Source: Clostridia bacterium (GTDB taxonomy: Bacteria; Bacillota; Clostridia; TANB77; RGIG9151). Taken from it: 20,219 nt of DNA. A program made the position numbers and the translations under genes. The stretch spans positions 1 to 20,219 of the forward strand of contig JAEEXS010000016.1 in NCBI GenBank assembly GCA_016287855.1. The letters are read 5' to 3'. Shown one piece after another: positions 9,068 through 17,599 of the stretch (positions are counted from its first letter, which is position 1; every line of letters begins with the position of its first letter). Below the pieces are notes generated by a model. It was not told the DNA's origin, searched no databases, and saw only the letters and a program-made list of their open reading frames with translations.

Positions 9068-9094
9068 TAAAGATACGTTAAAAATTACCGATAA
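9068..9094 (+). promoter_or_regulatory. Candidate promoter of the DUF1538 operon (sigma-D/FliA-like TAAA-N15-ACCGATAA; a sigma-A reading with GATAAT as -10 is also possible)
   Basis: TAAA at 9068-9071, an exact 15-nt spacer, then ACCGATAA at 9087-9094. The Bacillus sigma-D consensus is TAAA-N15-GCCGATAT. Caveat: the predicted start site would fall at about 9101, right at the SD GAGGTG (9102-9107). Confidence 0.3.
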
Positions 9095-9112
9095 TTCTTT
9101 TGAGGTGTAGAA

Positions 9113-9799
9113 ATGAAAGTAAAAAGCACATTAAAAGAAATAATAACAGGAATTTTGCCTGTGGTTATAATGATAACCATCTTGCAATTTACAATAACAC
9201 CTGTTGATATAGAGCTATATATACGTTTCCTATGGAGTACAGTTTTTGTAATAGTAGGCTTATTTTTGTTTTTACTTGGAATAGAATATGGATTTGAACA
9301 AGCAGGTGAAAGTATAGGAAAAGCGGTAGTAAAATCCGGGAAATTAAGATGGATTTTATTTGTTACGATACTACTAGGCTTTGGTGTTACAATGCTTGAA
9401 CCAGATGTTCAAGTATTTTCTAAACAAGCAGAATTTATGATAGAGAGTGTTAATGCATTTCAATTTCAGGCAGTAATTGCAGTTGGAGTAGGACTTTTTA
9501 TAGGGCTTGCGTTTTTAAGAATATTTTTGAAAATTAAGATGAGATATATAATTTTGCTAGGCTATATACTTGCATTTATTTTGATACCATTTTGCTCTAT
9601 AGATTTATCTAGTGCCGCTTTTGACGCTGGAGGAGCTACAACTGGTGCTTTAACAGTACCATTTATGCTATCTTTAGCAATAGGTATTTCTTCTATGATA
9701 AGCAAAGATAAAAATACGTCAAATAGTTTTGGAATAATAGGAATTGCTTCACTTGGCCCTATTTTAAGTATTTTAATAATGGGGGTGATAACTAGATGA
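9113..9799 (+). CDS. DUF1538-family polytopic membrane protein (paralogue 1)
   Basis: About six hydrophobic segments. Signature-like blocks MLEPDVQVF and AAFDAGGATTGALTVPFMLSLAIG match what I recall for DUF1538. The stop overlaps the next start (ATGA at 9796-9799). Confidence 0.8.
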   Translation: MKVKSTLKEIITGILPVVIMITILQFTITPVDIELYIRFLWSTVFVIVGLFLFLLGIEYGFEQAGESIGKAVVKSGKLRWILFVTILLGFGVTMLEPDVQVFSKQAEFMIESVNAFQFQAVIAVGVGLFIGLAFLRIFLKIKMRYIILLGYILAFILIPFCSIDLSSAAFDAGGATTGALTVPFMLSLAIGISSMISKDKNTSNSFGIIGIASLGPILSILIMGVITR

Positions 9800-10527
9800 T
9801 ATATGAATTTCTAAATACAGCGAAGGGCTGTATTATAGCAATATTGCCATTATTAATTACATTTATTGTTTTTCAAATATTTTTTATAAAAATGCCTTTG
9901 AAAAAGTTTAATAGTATAATAAACGGAATAATCTTTACATATATCGGAGTTGTATTTATGATTTTTGGCTTAAAAATAGGATATGTGGAGATTGGAAAAG
10001 AGATAGGGAAAAATATATCAAACTTATCATATAATTGGATCATAGTTCCACTAGGCTTTATTTTAGGATATGTTATAACTAAAGTTGAACCATCTGTACA
10101 AGTTTTAACTAGAGAGATAGAAAAAGAAACAGGGGGAACACTTAAAAAGAATGTTTTATTATCTACATTGTCAATCGGAGTAGGAATATCGTTAGCTCTA
10201 GCAATGTTAAAAATACTCTTTAAGATACCTCTGTGGTATATAATAATACCAGGATATATTATTTGTATAATATTAGCATTTTTGTCCGATGAAAAGTTTA
10301 CAGCAATTGCATTTGATGCTGGCGGTGTAACTACAGGTATTATGACTACAACATTTTTACTTGCGATGGCATTGGGCTTAGCTGAAGGAATCCCAGGAGC
10401 TAACCCTGTAATTGATGGTTTTGGATTAATTGCAATAGTCGCGATGACGCCAATAATTCTAGTTATGCTACTCGGCAAGATATATGAAGTAAGACAGAAG
10501 GAGGGAAAAAATAATGTGGGGAAATAA
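9796..10527 (+). CDS. DUF1538-family polytopic membrane protein (paralogue 2)
   Basis: Same architecture and the same blocks as paralogue 1 (KVEPSVQVL, IAFDAGGVTTGIMTTTFLLAMALG). It is translationally coupled on both sides. Confidence 0.8.
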   Translation: MIYEFLNTAKGCIIAILPLLITFIVFQIFFIKMPLKKFNSIINGIIFTYIGVVFMIFGLKIGYVEIGKEIGKNISNLSYNWIIVPLGFILGYVITKVEPSVQVLTREIEKETGGTLKKNVLLSTLSIGVGISLALAMLKILFKIPLWYIIIPGYIICIILAFLSDEKFTAIAFDAGGVTTGIMTTTFLLAMALGLAEGIPGANPVIDGFGLIAIVAMTPIILVMLLGKIYEVRQKEGKNNVGK

Positions 10528-10840
10528 AAAAGAATATCAATTAATCATAACAATTGTTGATCAAGGTAAGGGCGAAGAAGTAATAGAATGTTCTAAATTG
10601 GTAGGAGCAGAAGGCGGTACTATTTTAACAGGACGAGGAGCAGGAAAAGAAACTGCAAAAATTTTAGGAATATTGATTGAACCAGAAAAAGATGTAGTTT
10701 TAACCCTCGTTGAAAAAACTAAAGCAGATTCTGTATTTGTTGCTATCGTACAAGGAATGGAACTCGAAGAGCCAGGAAAGGGTATAGCTTTTGTTATAGA
10801 TGTGCCTAAAGTGGCTGGAATAGTTAATACAGAAGAATAA
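10514..10840 (+). CDS. PII-like (GlnB-fold) small signalling protein with a short T-loop
   Basis: 108 aa with a beta-alpha-beta x2 pattern: YQLIITIVDQGKGEEVIE..., a loop GRGAGKETAKILG, and a C-terminal EPGKGIAFVIDVPKVAGI that resembles the GDGKIFV B-loop/beta4 of PII proteins. SD AAGGAGGG at 10497-10504. It overlaps the upstream gene by 14 nt. Confidence 0.7.
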   Translation: MWGNKKEYQLIITIVDQGKGEEVIECSKLVGAEGGTILTGRGAGKETAKILGILIEPEKDVVLTLVEKTKADSVFVAIVQGMELEEPGKGIAFVIDVPKVAGIVNTEE

Positions 10841-11950
10841 TTATTTGCTTGTTAATAGAATTTGAAATATCTTAAATAAAATTACAAAAATAAATATACC
10901 AGTTATTACTGAAAATATCATATTAAAACCATATGAATTATATTCTATACCATTAAAAACTGGAGTAATTAGAATTTCAGAAAAATTTGTATAAAGTAAT
11001 GCTAAGTATGTTAGAGCTCCTGCAATAATTCCATGAAGAATTTTACCAATTAAGTAGGAGCTTATTTTTATATCTGTTTTGGCAATAACACTTAATGTTT
11101 GAGCGTGAATACTAAACCCACCAAAACCAACTAAAATAGAAGTAAGCATAAGCTTTTCTTTTAAAGGTAGAGCGGTTGTAGATAATATATTTATTCCATT
11201 AGTTACTTCAAGGAGTCCTGAAATTATAGAATATGTAACATTTTTATCTATGCCAGGGAAAATAAAGCTTGAAAGGAAAGCAATAAACCCAGAGTTTAGT
11301 AATACTGTTAAAACTATTGAAAATGATACTATAAAGCCACCAACAATAACTATACTAATAATAGCATCTTTTATAGCATTACTTAATGTACTACCAAGTT
11401 TAGATAATGAAACAATATCAAAATTTATATCAATATTTGTATTAGTTTCTACTTTTGAAGGGCGAAGTAAAAAGCCAACGAGTATTGCAGATATGTAGTG
11501 AGTTAATAAAAGAAGTATTCCTATTTTTTTATTATTATATAATCCTAATCCTATTGCACCGGTTATAAATAGAGGACCGGAGTTATTTGTAAATTTAATT
11601 AGAGAATTTGCAACTTCTCTAGATATTGTATTGTTGTTTCGCAGATCCGCAGTAACTTTAGCACAAATTGGATATCCACCAACTAGACCTAAAAATAAGG
11701 CAATAGCAGATATTCCCGGAAGTCTAAAAATAAATTGCATTGGGGGACTTAAAAATTTGCTAAATAGTTGAGGTAAAGCAGTTTTTACTATAAGGTTTGA
11801 TAAAATCATAAAGGGAAATAATGATGGTAATATTATTTGCCACCATAAAGTTAGACCGGTTTTTGCTGCCGTTATCATATCTTCGGGGAAGATTATGCAA
11901 AATAGGGTAAGAAGAAATATAAAGAACGTAAATATGTATTTTTTCACCAT
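10841..11950 (-). CDS. YlbJ-like sporulation integral membrane protein (nucleoside-recognition/Gate-domain family)
   Basis: From MVKKYIFTFF...: AAKTGLTLWWQIILPSLFPFMILSNLI and a polytopic layout typical of YlbJ. ATG at 11950 is preceded by GGAGG (revcomp of 11955-11959). The 71 extra N-terminal codons in the track ORF cross the intergenic region and are rejected. Confidence 0.78.
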   Translation of the reverse strand: MVKKYIFTFFIFLLTLFCIIFPEDMITAAKTGLTLWWQIILPSLFPFMILSNLIVKTALPQLFSKFLSPPMQFIFRLPGISAIALFLGLVGGYPICAKVTADLRNNNTISREVANSLIKFTNNSGPLFITGAIGLGLYNNKKIGILLLLTHYISAILVGFLLRPSKVETNTNIDINFDIVSLSKLGSTLSNAIKDAIISIVIVGGFIVSFSIVLTVLLNSGFIAFLSSFIFPGIDKNVTYSIISGLLEVTNGINILSTTALPLKEKLMLTSILVGFGGFSIHAQTLSVIAKTDIKISSYLIGKILHGIIAGALTYLALLYTNFSEILITPVFNGIEYNSYGFNMIFSVITGIFIFVILFKIFQILLTSK

Positions 11951-11991
11951 TATACCTCCTGTAAGATAAATTAAGTGCCGATATATGTATA

Positions 11992-12020
11992 TTGCAAAAG
12001 ATACAAAAAAATGATATATT
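11992..12020 (+). promoter_or_regulatory. Candidate sigma-A promoter for relA
   Basis: TTGCAA (11992-11997), 17-nt spacer, TATATT (12015-12020) with an extended -10 TG at 12012-12013. Confidence 0.45.
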
Positions 12021-12055
12021 ACAACAGGATATTTAAAAGAAAAGAGATGAGAAAA

Positions 12056-14242
12056 ATGGCGATACCTACTGCTGATGAAATAATAGATAGAGTAAATATT
12101 TACTCTAAAAATAAAGACCACGAAATAATAAGAAAAGCGTATGAGTTTTCTAAAATGGCTCATGAAGGGCAGTTAAGAGAGTCAGGCGAGCCATTTTTTA
12201 AACATCCAGCTAAAGTAGCGTTAATATTAACGAGTTTTGAATTAGATGATGCTTCAATTTGTGCAGGACTGCTTCATGATGTTATTGAAGATACAAAATA
12301 TACTTACGAAGATATAAAAGAAGGATTTGGCGAAGAAATTGCTAATCTTGTTGAAGGAGTAACTAAATTAGGCAAAATTCCATACAATACAAAAGAAGAA
12401 CAACAAGCTGAAAATTTAAGAAAAATGTTTATGGCGATGGCAACAGACATTAGAGTTATATTTATAAAGCTATCAGATAGATTGCACAATATGAAAACTC
12501 TAGGGTATACAGACCCTCAAAAGCAACTTGATAAAGCGAAGGAAACACTAGAAATTTATGCACCACTTGCTCATAGATTAGGTATGTACTCTATAAAGTG
12601 GGAATTAGAAGATTTATGTTTAAGATATATAGACCCAGATGCCTATTATAAGTTAGTAGAATCTATTGCTCAAAGAAGAAATGAAAGAGAAAAGTTTATA
12701 AATGATATAATTGCAAATTTAAAAGAGAAGTTAAAAGAAGTAAATATAGAGGCAGATATAGAAGGAAGGCCAAAGCATTTCTATAGTATCTATAGAAAAA
12801 TGAAAGAACAAAATAAAGAGATTGATCAAATCTTTGATTTATTTGCTCTTAGAGTAATAGTTAATTCTGTAAAGGATTGTTATGCAGTTTTAGGATTAGT
12901 TCATGAGATGTATCGACCTGTCCCGGGCAGATTTAAGGATTATATAGCTATGCCGAAATCAAACGGATATCAATCACTTCATACAACTTTAGTTGGTAAT
13001 ACTGGACATCCTTTTGAAATTCAAATAAGAACGTGGGATATGCACAGAACTGCTGAATATGGTTTGGCAGCTCATTGGAAATATAAAGAAAAGACCACAG
13101 ATAAAAAAGATTCTTTTGATGAAAAAATAAGTTGGATAAGACGTACTGTTGAGTGGCAAAAAGAAACCACAGATAGTAATGACTTGATGGAAAATTTAAA
13201 ATTAGATTTATTTAGTGATGATGTATTTGTATTTTCACCTAAGGGGGACGTGTATCAATTGCCAGTGCATTCTACACCTATAGACTTTGCTTATAGAGTT
13301 CATAGTGAAGTCGGAAATAAAATGGTTGGAGCAAGGGTAAACGATAAAATGGTGCCAATAGGATATGAACTTCATAATGGTGACGTTGTAGAAATAATAA
13401 CTTCCGCTACTTCAAAGGGACCTAGTAGAGATTGGCTTAATATTGTAAAAAGTGCTAATGCTCGTGCAAAGATGATTCAATGGTTCAAAAAAGAAGGATA
13501 TGAAGAAAACGTACAGAGCGGAAAAGAGATTGTAGAGCATGAATTAAAAAGATTGAAACTTTCTTTTAATGATTTGTTTAGGCCAGAATGGGTAGACCCT
13601 ATGCTAAAAAAGTATACTTTTTCTAAATTAGACGATTGCTATGCTGCAATTGGTTATGGAGCTTTGCCTGTAGGAAAAGTAATAGGGCGATTAAAAGATG
13701 AATTTGAAAAAGAGAAAAAAGCAAATGAAATTAAGAATATTCCGACTGATACAGTTGCTATAAATACTGATTCTAAAAAGCCTAAAAAAGCTCCTCCAAG
13801 CGGAATAGTTGTAAAAGGAATAGATAACTGCTTAGTAAGACTTTCTAAATGCTGTAATCCACTTCCTGGAGATGAAATTGTGGGATATATAACGAAAGGC
13901 AGAGGGGTATCTGTTCATAGGAGTGATTGCCCTAATGTAGCTAATTTTACAGAAGATATAAATCGCTTAATTGATGTGGAGTGGTATAAAGCTAAAAATA
14001 CAGAATATGTTGCTGAAATTGAAGTGTTCGCAAACGATAGAACTGGTCTATTTGCAGATGTTTCGTCAGCAGTAATTGATGCAAAAGGAAAGATAAATGC
14101 AATAAATGCAAGAGTACTTCAAGACAGAGTTGCAATGTTCCAAGTTGAAGTACAACTTACAGATATAGATCATTTAAACAAAGTTATTAAATCTTTAAGA
14201 AAAGTAGATAGTGTATATGAAGTTCGTAGAAAGAAAAATTAG
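12056..14242 (+). CDS. relA: Bifunctional (p)ppGpp synthetase/hydrolase, RelA/SpoT (Rel) long RSH
   Basis: HD hydrolase domain (HPAKVA...LLHDVIEDT), synthetase domain (GRPKHFYSIYRKM, YQSLHTT), TGS domain (VFVFSPKGDVYQLP.GSTPIDFAY), a CC/zinc-finger region (CCNPLPGDEIVGY) and a C-terminal ACT domain. ATG 12056 is chosen for its AAGAG spacing. ATG 12047 is possible. The track start at 11975 is rejected. Confidence 0.93.
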   Translation: MAIPTADEIIDRVNIYSKNKDHEIIRKAYEFSKMAHEGQLRESGEPFFKHPAKVALILTSFELDDASICAGLLHDVIEDTKYTYEDIKEGFGEEIANLVEGVTKLGKIPYNTKEEQQAENLRKMFMAMATDIRVIFIKLSDRLHNMKTLGYTDPQKQLDKAKETLEIYAPLAHRLGMYSIKWELEDLCLRYIDPDAYYKLVESIAQRRNEREKFINDIIANLKEKLKEVNIEADIEGRPKHFYSIYRKMKEQNKEIDQIFDLFALRVIVNSVKDCYAVLGLVHEMYRPVPGRFKDYIAMPKSNGYQSLHTTLVGNTGHPFEIQIRTWDMHRTAEYGLAAHWKYKEKTTDKKDSFDEKISWIRRTVEWQKETTDSNDLMENLKLDLFSDDVFVFSPKGDVYQLPVHSTPIDFAYRVHSEVGNKMVGARVNDKMVPIGYELHNGDVVEIITSATSKGPSRDWLNIVKSANARAKMIQWFKKEGYEENVQSGKEIVEHELKRLKLSFNDLFRPEWVDPMLKKYTFSKLDDCYAAIGYGALPVGKVIGRLKDEFEKEKKANEIKNIPTDTVAINTDSKKPKKAPPSGIVVKGIDNCLVRLSKCCNPLPGDEIVGYITKGRGVSVHRSDCPNVANFTEDINRLIDVEWYKAKNTEYVAEIEVFANDRTGLFADVSSAVIDAKGKINAINARVLQDRVAMFQVEVQLTDIDHLNKVIKSLRKVDSVYEVRRKKN

Positions 14243-14251
14243 GAGGAATTT

Positions 14252-14707
14252 ATGAGGTTAGTAGTTCAAAGAGTAAAATATGCATCTGTAAAAGTTGATG
14301 GAGAAATAAAAGGGAAAATAGACAAAGGTTTTATGGTGCTTTTTGGGGTAAAACAAGGCGATACAGATAAAGATTTAGAGTATTGTGCAAAAAAATTGGT
14401 AGGTCTTAGGGTTTTTGAAGATGAAAATCAAAAAATGAATTTATCTATTGAAGATATTAATGGAGATTTCTTAATTATTTCTCAATTTACACTATATGGA
14501 GATACAAAAAAGGGGAATAGGCCAAGTTTTATTATGGCTGAAGAGCCGGCAAAAGCTAACGAAATGTATGAAAAATTCTTAGCTAAAGTGAAAGAAATGT
14601 CTGGTAGAGATGTTCAAAAGGGTGTATTTGGTGCAGACATGAAAGTCGAATTATTAAATGATGGCCCAGTAACAATCATAATAGAAAGCCCAGACGATTC
14701 AAAATAG
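14252..14707 (+). CDS. dtd: D-aminoacyl-tRNA deacylase
   Basis: MRLVVQRV N-terminus, SQFTLYGDTKKGNRPSF motif, about 150 aa. Canonical position after relA. SD AGGAGG at 14241-14246. Confidence 0.93.
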   Translation: MRLVVQRVKYASVKVDGEIKGKIDKGFMVLFGVKQGDTDKDLEYCAKKLVGLRVFEDENQKMNLSIEDINGDFLIISQFTLYGDTKKGNRPSFIMAEEPAKANEMYEKFLAKVKEMSGRDVQKGVFGADMKVELLNDGPVTIIIESPDDSK

Positions 14708-14716
14708 GAGATATTT

Positions 14717-15334
14717 ATGGTAAAAACGTTTATTGGTGGAGAGCTTAGAGAAAATTGTTATATAGTTTCAGATGATAGCTCAAAAGAGGCAATTGTTATA
14801 GACCCAGGATACAAGGAAGAAGGGATATATAAGTTCATCTTAGAAAATAAGTTGAAAGTAAAGTATATTTATTTAACACATTGTCATTTTGATCATATTT
14901 ACGGAGCTAATTGGCTAAAAGAAAAAGTTAATGCACCGATTCTTTGTTTAGATAAAGAATTAGACAATATTCAAAATGAAGATGTTACAATGGGAAAATT
15001 CGTTATTTTGGAAGCAGTTACTGTAAAACCAGATAAAGTGCTTTCAGAAAATGATAAGATAAATTTAGGGAGTTTGGAGTTTAAAGTTATACATACTCCA
15101 GGTCATACATCAGGTTCAAGTTGTTTATATGGAAATAGTATGTTGTTTTCTGGGGACACGTTATTTAAAAACGCACATGGAAGATGTGATTTGCCAACGG
15201 GGAGCATAAATTCAATAATAAACTCTATACAACAAAAGCTATTTAATTTGCCTGATGATGTAGTTGTTTATCCAGGTCATGGGATATCGACTACAATATT
15301 AGAAGAAAAACAAAATCAAGATTTTGAATACTAA
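14717..15334 (+). CDS. MBL-fold metallo-hydrolase (glyoxalase II-like)
   Basis: THCHFDH metal-binding motif, then HTPGHT, then GDTLF ... HG, in the order expected for the metallo-beta-lactamase fold. Confidence 0.85.
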   Translation: MVKTFIGGELRENCYIVSDDSSKEAIVIDPGYKEEGIYKFILENKLKVKYIYLTHCHFDHIYGANWLKEKVNAPILCLDKELDNIQNEDVTMGKFVILEAVTVKPDKVLSENDKINLGSLEFKVIHTPGHTSGSSCLYGNSMLFSGDTLFKNAHGRCDLPTGSINSIINSIQQKLFNLPDDVVVYPGHGISTTILEEKQNQDFEY

Positions 15335-15358
15335 AAACAAATTTTGGTGGTGTTACAT

Positions 15359-16654
15359 ATGAAGAAATGTTTAATTTTATTAGTATTAATGCTTTTAACT
15401 AGTACAAGCTTTGCGTTTGAATTGCCGAGCTTAGTTAGAATTGGGCTTAACTATGGCAATAATGCAGTTTCTAAGTTTACTGTTTCAGCACCATCTGGAG
15501 TAATGATTAGTGATATAGGGAAAATGCAAGGTAACGTTACAATTGAAAAAAGTGGTAGTAATAAAATAACTGCAATAAGCGCCTCTAAAACAAAGTCATG
15601 TGAGGTAGATAAAGAATATGGAGTATCTATAACACCAATAGAAAGTGACGAATTCCTTTCATATAATGGAAAAACATATAGAGGAGCACTAGTAATATTT
15701 AGAATATCTGGCAGTGATATGACCGTAGTAAATGTATTAGGTCTTGAAGAATATTTGTATGGAGTAGTCCCTAAGGAACTTTCTACAGGGCATCCAATAG
15801 AAGCCTTAAAAGCTCAAGCAGTTGCTGCGCGAACATATACTTGTACACAACTTAATAAATATAAAAAATGGAACTTTGATTTAACATATACAACTGCGGA
15901 TCAGGCGTATGGAGGAGCTTCAATAGAAAAAGCAGATACCACAAGAGCAGTTGATGAAACAAGAGGGGAAATTGTTACATATGAGGGAAAGCCAATTACC
16001 ACATATTACTTTGCTACAAGTCCAGGATATACTGAAAATTCAGAAAATGTTTGGTCGTCAAAAGTTCCGTACCTTGTTGCGGTAGAGGATAAATATCAAC
16101 CAACTACGGTATCTACATTAAATTGGACAGTTACCTTTACTGCTAAGCAAATAAGTAATATTTTAGCTAATAAATCTGCTAAAATTGGGGAATTACTTAG
16201 TGTAAATATACTAAAAAAGACACCAAGTAATGGAGTTTTAGAGTTAGAATTTGAAGGAACAAATGGCTCTTATGTAGTTACAAAAGAAAGCACGCGTTTA
16301 GTTTATGGTACGAGCGATGTAAGAAGCCAGTTTTACGATATAGAAACAGACGCATCCGTAACGGCTGTGGATGTTAACGGTGAAACAGATAACAAAACGT
16401 TTTCAGAAGTAAGAGTTGCGACAAACAAAGGTTCAAGTAAATTGAATATTAGTGGGAGTAAAGTATATATAAAAGGAATAGATGGGAATGTTAGTCGCCC
16501 TACGACTCCAACGACATATAAATTAATAGGAAAAGGTTATGGGCATGGTGTAGGTATGAGCCAAAATGGTGCAATAGGAATGGCAAAGGAAGGCTTTACA
16601 TATGATGAAATATTAAAATGGTATTATACTGGAGTTGAAATTGAGGAATTTTAG
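15359..16654 (+). CDS. SpoIID/LytB-domain protein (secreted; lytic transglycosylase / amidase-enhancer family)
   Basis: Signal-peptide-like MKKCLILLVLMLLTSTSFA. SpoIID domain blocks EEYLYGVVPKE, EALKAQAVAARTY, DQAYGG, YYFATSPGYTENSENVW, and a terminal GHGVGMSQNGA..MA..G..Y..IL.WYY. ATG 15359 follows GGTGG (15346-15350). Confidence 0.82.
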   Translation: MKKCLILLVLMLLTSTSFAFELPSLVRIGLNYGNNAVSKFTVSAPSGVMISDIGKMQGNVTIEKSGSNKITAISASKTKSCEVDKEYGVSITPIESDEFLSYNGKTYRGALVIFRISGSDMTVVNVLGLEEYLYGVVPKELSTGHPIEALKAQAVAARTYTCTQLNKYKKWNFDLTYTTADQAYGGASIEKADTTRAVDETRGEIVTYEGKPITTYYFATSPGYTENSENVWSSKVPYLVAVEDKYQPTTVSTLNWTVTFTAKQISNILANKSAKIGELLSVNILKKTPSNGVLELEFEGTNGSYVVTKESTRLVYGTSDVRSQFYDIETDASVTAVDVNGETDNKTFSEVRVATNKGSSKLNISGSKVYIKGIDGNVSRPTTPTTYKLIGKGYGHGVGMSQNGAIGMAKEGFTYDEILKWYYTGVEIEEF

Positions 16655-16684
16655 TATATTTGTTGAATAAAGATAGTAAGGGAA

Positions 16685-17599
16685 GTGATAAATTTGTATG
16701 AGGGAATAAAAGATATAGTTTCAGATAAAGTAGATATTATATATGATGAAGAAATGTCTAAGCACACCAGTTTTAAAATTGGTGGAAAGGCTGACATATT
16801 TGCAGTTGTAGATTCAGTAGAAGATCTTATACAAATAGAAAAATATGCAAAGGAAAACAATATATTTACCTTTATAATGGGAAATGGAAGTAATTTGTTA
16901 GTTTCAGATAACGGAATAAGGGGAATAGTAATAAAATTAGGGGATGAATTTAAAAAGATTTCAGTTGAAGAAGAATACATTACTGTCGGAGCTGCTTGTA
17001 GTATCAATGCATTGGCACAGTTTGCTTTAGAAAATGAGCTTACTGGTTTTGAATGGGCGTTTGGTATACCTGGCAGCGTTGGCGGAGCTGTGTTTATGAA
17101 CGCAGGTGCATACGGAGGAAGTATGAGTGATGTTGTTTTTGAAACGACATATTTAGATGAGAATTATAATTTATGCAAATTAGAAAGTGATAAGCATAAG
17201 TTTGGCTACAGAAAAAGCGTATTTAAAACAAAAGAAATAAATGGAATAATTTTAAGTACAAAGATAAAACTAAAAAAAGGAGATAAAAAAGAGATTTGGG
17301 AAGGTATGCAAAAGTATATAAATGCAAGAATAGAAAAACAACCTTTAAATATGCCGAGTGCAGGAAGTGTTTTTAAAAGACCAGATGGCCATTTCGTTGG
17401 AAAGATGATAGAAGATTTAGGATTAAAAGGGTTTACGATTGGAGGAGCTCAAGTTTCTGAAAAACATGCCGGATTTATTGTTAATTTGGGAGATGCAACT
17501 TCAAAAGATATTAAAGAATTAATAAAGTATATTCAAAGTAAAGTTAAAGAAAAATATAACGTAGATTTAGAAACAGAAGTTTTGGAGGTGGGCGAATGA
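16685..17599 (+). CDS. murB: UDP-N-acetylenolpyruvoylglucosamine reductase
   Basis: FAD-binding region HTSFKIGGKADIF ... GNGSNLLVSD, plus the catalytic C-terminal part SAGSVFKRP ... GGAQVSEKHAGFIVN. The true start may be TTG 16694, about 10 nt after AAGGGA at 16678-16683, because GTG 16685 is too close to that SD. Confidence 0.9.
   Translation: MINLYEGIKDIVSDKVDIIYDEEMSKHTSFKIGGKADIFAVVDSVEDLIQIEKYAKENNIFTFIMGNGSNLLVSDNGIRGIVIKLGDEFKKISVEEEYITVGAACSINALAQFALENELTGFEWAFGIPGSVGGAVFMNAGAYGGSMSDVVFETTYLDENYNLCKLESDKHKFGYRKSVFKTKEINGIILSTKIKLKKGDKKEIWEGMQKYINARIEKQPLNMPSAGSVFKRPDGHFVGKMIEDLGLKGFTIGGAQVSEKHAGFIVNLGDATSKDIKELIKYIQSKVKEKYNVDLETEVLEVGE

Noticed and set aside
9873-10478. A 201-aa ORF antisense to the second DUF1538 gene. 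Other antisense track ORFs of the same kind are 1934-2137, 2387-2575, 2931-3182, 3350-3637, 4936-5211, 7170-7391, 7665-7865, 11250-11498, 12304-12489, 16651-17007, 17544-17756 and 19278-19481.
   Set aside because: Each lies fully inside a well-supported gene on the opposite strand. They lack SD sequences and have low-complexity I/F/S/K/L-rich translations typical of shadow frames in AT-rich DNA. None has a recognisable motif.
11951-12163. Track ORFs that extend the ylbJ-like gene (to 12163, - strand) and relA (from 11975, + strand) so that they overlap each other.
   Set aside because: The extensions translate to Y/F/I/R-rich nonsense across an intergenic promoter region. Internal ATGs at 11950 (with GGAGG) and at 12056/12047 give N-termini that match the families.
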